Below are positions 34,480 through 39,641 of a stretch of DNA of 39,641 bases, in pieces. Each line of letters begins with the position of its first letter. Positions within the stretch are counted from its first letter, which is position 1. The stretch spans positions 1 to 39,641 of the forward strand of contig JYFJ02003600.1 in the NCBI GenBank assembly GCA_000934665.2, read 5' to 3'. A program made the position numbers and the translations under genes. Below the pieces are notes generated by a model that was given only the letters and a program-made list of their open reading frames with translations, had not been told where the DNA came from and searched no databases. This stretch comes from Catajapyx aquilonaris (lineage: Eukaryota).

Positions 34480-35140
34480 CTCCTCTGATGACACTGCCAT
34501 GCGGCGCCAATTTTTACAATAGGTCATTTTGTGCCGTAATCAAACCAATCGGGCCCATCCCCCTTTGCGTACACACCCTCCCCCCAATCGGTGGCAAGTA
34601 TCCCCCATAGGGACCAACTAACCCTAACTGTGATCCTCCTAAGCGGTGAAAAGTGGCTGATAGCACATTAGCCCCACATTTAACTCAACCCCCAACTTTT
34701 CCCTGCCTCTTCTTCTCAGCGGAACAGATGCGAATGTTTCCTGCGGTGCGTGTCATGAGCCAATTACACGCGACACTTACCATTCTGCAGGTTCCATATG
34801 AAATTATCATGACAATAAGGAGCAAGGGGGTAGGCTTCAACACCGGCCCCTCTAACCCCCCCGGTTCCTTCCTTCGCCCCCCCAGCCAGCCAGGGGTGTT
34901 TAATGGAGTCGCCGTTGAAAAGGCCAAAAGGACATCGGGTATAGAGGGGAGGCTTGGCCGGGACGAAATTAGCTAATTGAATGAGCCTCTCCATTTGAGT
35001 GGAGTGGCTGCTTACACTTTCACCCCCTGCTTGGGCCGTATATCCGCATCCCTGCCTTCTCCCCCTCGCCATTTTGTGCGCCCCCTTATCCCTTTTCTGC
35101 TCGTCCACCCTACTATTGACATCGACTATTGGCTGTGATT
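34480..35140. promoter_or_regulatory. Candidate intronic enhancer(s) of Mnx
   Basis: A GC-elevated block 5' of the homeobox exon with GTAATCAAACCAATC, GCCAATTAC, ATTAGCTAATTGAATG and TTAATGG motifs. Confidence 0.3.
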
Positions 35141-35495
35141 TAGGCCCACCTGCCTCCCCTTACGTTTCTGATTTACCTAAATCATTTTTTTTTTGCAGGA
35201 ATTGTATGTGGGATTAGCACAATACCCCTGAATAACTAGAGTATAGTGACAAAAATGCGTCACGCACAGTTCCAAGAGCACAATCTGGACTGGGACCAAT
35301 ACACACCCGATATGTACCCATCTCGTTAAGGCGTTAAGGGAAATAAAATAGAGGGGGACCGAAGCAGGACAAATCGGGGCAAATTGTACAGTACCAAGGG
35401 ACCCAGAAGGGGGCGGGCATATACGGATGGTCAGCGAGAGACAGTTGTTGGATTTATCCGAAAGCTATCTCTTATCTGAACTCTAATGGGAGGTA

Positions 35496-35634
35496 CTATA
35501 GGGCTCAAATTGTTTTGGCCACTTTATCCGGGTCTTGAAGCAACTCTTCGCACAGGCCCCACGGTGAGGAGGTGTGTGTGTGAACGGTTGCTCAAGACCA
35601 GGATAAAGTGGCGAAAACTATTTGAGCCCTATAG
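35496..35634. mobile_element. Tiny Tc1/mariner-like MITE (139 bp)
   Basis: TA|CTATAGGGCTCAAATTGTTTTGGCCACTTTATCC...GGATAAAGTGGCGAAAACTATTTGAGCCCTATAG|TA with ~58-bp TIRs. Confidence 0.85.
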
Positions 35635-38600
35635 TAGCTACTTATACCGCAGGTATATTATGGAATTCTACGAGTTTTTCCCCACCAGGGAAATTGCAAT
35701 GAGGGAAAATACTCGTAGGTCAATCATGTATATGAGGAAACACAGTATTTACACGGATCAAGAGCAGTGACTGTGTCCACTCTGGACAATCGCTTGAGCA
35801 GTTTACGTCCAATGAGAGTTAAATATGTAAAACGGCTTGTAGGTTGTAGCGTCGCTTGACAATAGTAGATGCAGCTTGCAGGAGGAGGACGGATGAGGGT
35901 CAGGAGAGGACGAGGTGGGAGGGCCCGAGGGATGGAGTAGTCGGGAAGAGCTCGGAGGAAGTGCGGCTCAGGGTGCGTGGTAGCACAGCCAGGACCAGGG
36001 AGAAAAATGGCATGGGTGGGAGGGGGATGGGTGGATCTCGTTCTACCGCAAAATAGAATTACCTTCACTAGCATGCTGGGTTTATCTACTGGGAGTGAAA
36101 GAGGGCTGGGGGGGGGGAGAGAGGGAGAGATAGGTATAGACTTAGAGTGCTCCCCTCCCCTCTAAACAAGCTCGTTTTTATACTGTTACTTTACAAAAGG
36201 AGCTGATCCAGGATTGGTTTCGTCGTGCCACATGGTTATATATTTATATAGTGAAAGTTGAGCCTAATTAACTTATATGACATGCAACAGTGACATTTAA
36301 GTCCTGGTTTGAAAGCTGCGAATATGCACAGCGACAGAAGGCGCTAGGAACCTTCACTGACTTGAATTTTTATGGAAATGCAATCGCAAGCATCTCATCA
36401 GTGTATCCATCGCTGCAGGTGGGTCACAAAAAGCATAACAAACAATAGTAAGGGCACCCAAATTAGTTTCATATTGTTTTCTTAAAACCTCCACTTTAAT
36501 GAGATGTGATGACTACATACACCTCATAACACAAAGTGTGAAGTTTCTTCAAATAGAGTATTGCAATGTGTAATTATCAGCATTATCATTAAATCTCGAT
36601 TGTTGTGAGCAATGTTCAACTGGAAAAAATTTCAGTACCTTTGGTTAGTTATAATTTATTTTATGGTATAGGGGAATCTTTAGACCAATATTGACATCTT
36701 TTCAAATATACTTTTGGCACAGATTTTTTAATGGCAGCACTGTCCACTGCGCATGTAAGCCCTTCCATTAAAACCTCCAAATAATGATTTTAATATAAGC
36801 AATCTGATATTACGCCGGTTACCATTACTCAATTTCCTCTAGAACACTGCGGATCTACAAGCTTGAATTTTACTTGGCAATCAATTATGAGTGTGGTAGC
36901 CCACTGAGTCAACCCTGAGTTCCATTTCCCAGACAAGCGCGATACGATATCAGTATATCATTAATTGTGCTCGTCACGTGTGATGCCACATGCTCCAAAA
37001 AACGAATCAGAAACATGAAGGGGCTGGGCAACATAACAATTATCTTATGTGTCTAAGGCCGTTTTTTCCCCTCACGGTGTCTTCATATAGTGCTGTGGAT
37101 TAAGGTCGTAACTCCAGTGCCACATAAGGCTAATTACAGTGCTGCAATTCTCTTTGCGGTTTTAGTTAATATGGACCCATTGTCATGGATTCTTAGGAAG
37201 TAATCCGGTTATTACAACTCTCTCTGTTGGCGGGTTTCACCGAGCAGATTATTTTATAAATCCCAGTTTCTTTTCGGAAAATCTTTCCTGTTACAACCGA
37301 GGTTCTAAATTATAACCAGGTTGGTGAAACCGTGAAACCCGATCTATGTCCTCACTGGTTAGAGCTTATAATCTAGCGGTATATGTCTCATGTTGGATAA
37401 ATTCCAATCAGTAGTCGTGTGCCACGCAAACCTCTAGCACTTGTCTATCCAGACTGTTAACTTGTCATATCTTATCACCTTCGACCCCTTTCAACCTGGT
37501 CGCACGACCTGGTGGGACTGTGTGATATGAAAAGGAGCGGCGCTCGCACGCGGATAATCATTATTTGTATTTTGATATCCGAGAGTGAAGTCTCCATATT
37601 CCAAATGTATCAGTGATTGGTTGTTATGTTTAGTTAATGCTCCACAAATGGGACGGCTATCTGAGGCGGGGAGGGGGGGGGAGGTTCTGCGAGGAATCGA
37701 CAAAAAAATTTCATAATTATATTTCGCATGCAAATTTGGGTCAAAACTGAGAATATTGGCAGGTATAAGTTTGAAATGGCTAGTTATTTTGAACTATTCA
37801 GTTTATTTTGAGATTATATTTTGAAGCATTTTAAACACCATATATATTCATAGACATGGCATTATTAATTCCATAAATTAATTCTTATGTCTAAAATGAA
37901 TAATTATGATCATATGGCTGCCAATATCAAATACAGTGTTAATAAATTACTACAACCTACAGACTATGCTGTTTATAGAGTTATTTTATTTCAACTACTA
38001 GATAAATTAAAACTACTCCAGGCTAGGCACAACATTGAGAATAATATATCTGCGTTGTGAAGTTTTTCTCCATTCTCTTATAAAGTACTGTACAACTCTG
38101 CCTGATTGGTGCCTAACAGTGTCTTTTAGAGATTATAAAAATATTATATGGCTGTATTAGGTTGAATGATCGTATGTTTTAAACCATCCTACCGATAATA
38201 GTTATATTATACAGGATAGTGCACTGCTCGATTCCACTGTCCAACTCTATTGGACTGGATGAGAATATACATACTTGTAGATTCTCATTGCAGCAACGCG
38301 ATTGAAATGAAATGAAATGATTTTAATATTGAATGGGGCCCAGCTTGTTGCTTCCAATGGATATACTTCTTCTCTTTAACTGGTTGGTCAGGGAAACAAT
38401 ACATTCATCATTTATTTCTCCCTTCCTCCAGCATAGACCAGCAGGTTCATCGTTCATGTCAATAATTAGGCGTATGAGGTACCATACATTGTAATCATAA
38501 TCAGATCATAACTGCATATTTTCCACTCTTCGCCCCGACAAAGTAGGCTATTCTTCCTATGTAAGGTCGATCTCACAAGTACATCAAGCTCTTACAGTAA

Positions 38601-38749
38601 ATACATACGCAATATGAAAATGTAACATTGGTCTTTGTATCTTATTCTAAGTAGGCCTACTTGATAACTAAATAATGATCTATTCAGGCTTCTCTGATGG
38701 TTACCATATTGTAATGTTCTACTCTGCTAATCAGCTAGTTATAAGGGTC

Positions 38750-39526
38750 ATTGCGGGGTAATTCATTAATTTCTGAATTACCACAACACTATCAAGTGAA
38801 ACAAAAATAATGCCGTCACAATGCAACACACTTATTATGTGTATTTATATTTAATATAAATGTCGGTATAAAAGCCGGGGTCGGCCGGTATAAAGAGCGG
38901 GTTTAATCTATATTTACTTGTGAAGAACCAGTAATTTTTTGAGCTGTAAAATGAATAAGTGCTGTAAATCACCTTCGAAATTTTACGATAAAATGCGCCC
39001 TATACCCTCCACTCCAATATCTGAGTCAACATGGTGGCATGAGTGTTATACAGTAAGGTATACGTTGGCACTGCACTTTTCAACCCCTCCTGCTCTTCGA
39101 ACTAATTTGGGGGCAGCCATAACTCTACAGAAAAATTATTGTTGATGTTCTTACAAAAAGCAGAAGAGATTCGTTTAAAAACATATTCCTGTCAATGTCT
39201 TGGTTTGAGAGGATTTCATGATCCTAATAGTAATACACGGAATGTAAAATTCGACGTACCGTAATAATGTTCCAGTAAGTGAACCCCTGCAGAGGAAAAG
39301 AAAAGAAGAATGTTTACTGGTGCTATATGGATTTATTTAAAACATTATAAACATTTGAGAGTATTCGCATTTCATTCATTGGGAATACCGGTAATTTCGA
39401 AGCGAAGGAGAAAATCACGAGAATTACCCCACCTTGTACCGGAGGCCAGCCGGTTCTTCCGGGGTATACCGACCTCCTGTCTACCCCGTTTTATACCGGC
39501 ATGCCGCTCTATGCGGGGTACTGCTG
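38750..39526. mobile_element. Degraded pogo-like MITE remnants
   Basis: TGTCGGTATAAAAGCCGGGGT (~38861) is inverted relative to ACCCCGTTTTATACCGGCA (~39483). A right-end-like GCGGGGTACTGCTG|TA is present, but the left end was not found. Confidence 0.35.
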
Positions 39527-39641
39527 TAAGAGTGGAAGACAGTCAAGGTGGGTTTATACTCCGCCATAAGGGGCACTACGGCAGCTTACGGCACGCCTGC
39601 TGCTGTATCGCCAGCGCACTACGGCATGAATTTCAACTCCC

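Noticed and set aside
35724..36074. Pro/His-rich ORF as Mnx exon 1
   Set aside because: It is explained by purine/pyrimidine strand bias, and I identified no Mnx N-terminal motif or suitable phase-1 donor.

Overview
This is eukaryotic, AT-rich animal genomic DNA. It is probably arthropod or another protostome, judging from the homeodomain and its flanking 'KAQQEAK' sequence; that assignment is an inference. The one recognisable host gene is an Mnx/HB9/exex-class homeobox gene on the minus strand. Its last two coding exons (32344-32504 and 31867-32205) are joined by an apparent non-canonical GC-AG intron, and I could not locate exon 1. A long, acidic, repeat-rich orphan ORF lies at 15807-17546 (-). 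Two tRNA-Glu(TTC) genes sit tail-to-tail inside a 1.8-kb palindrome whose centre is rearranged. Most of the rest is nested mobile-element debris: TA-flanked Tc1/mariner and pogo-type MITEs, two Sola-like transposase remnants, two tRNA-derived SINEs with TSDs, a 2-kb TAG...CTA foldback (Academ-like) inserted into one SINE, and a Helitron-like 3' end. There are also many short hairpins, and several GC-rich, TAAT-rich blocks that look like developmental enhancers. Most short ORFs in the supplied track appear spurious. All TE family assignments come from termini, TSDs and recalled motifs, not from database searches.
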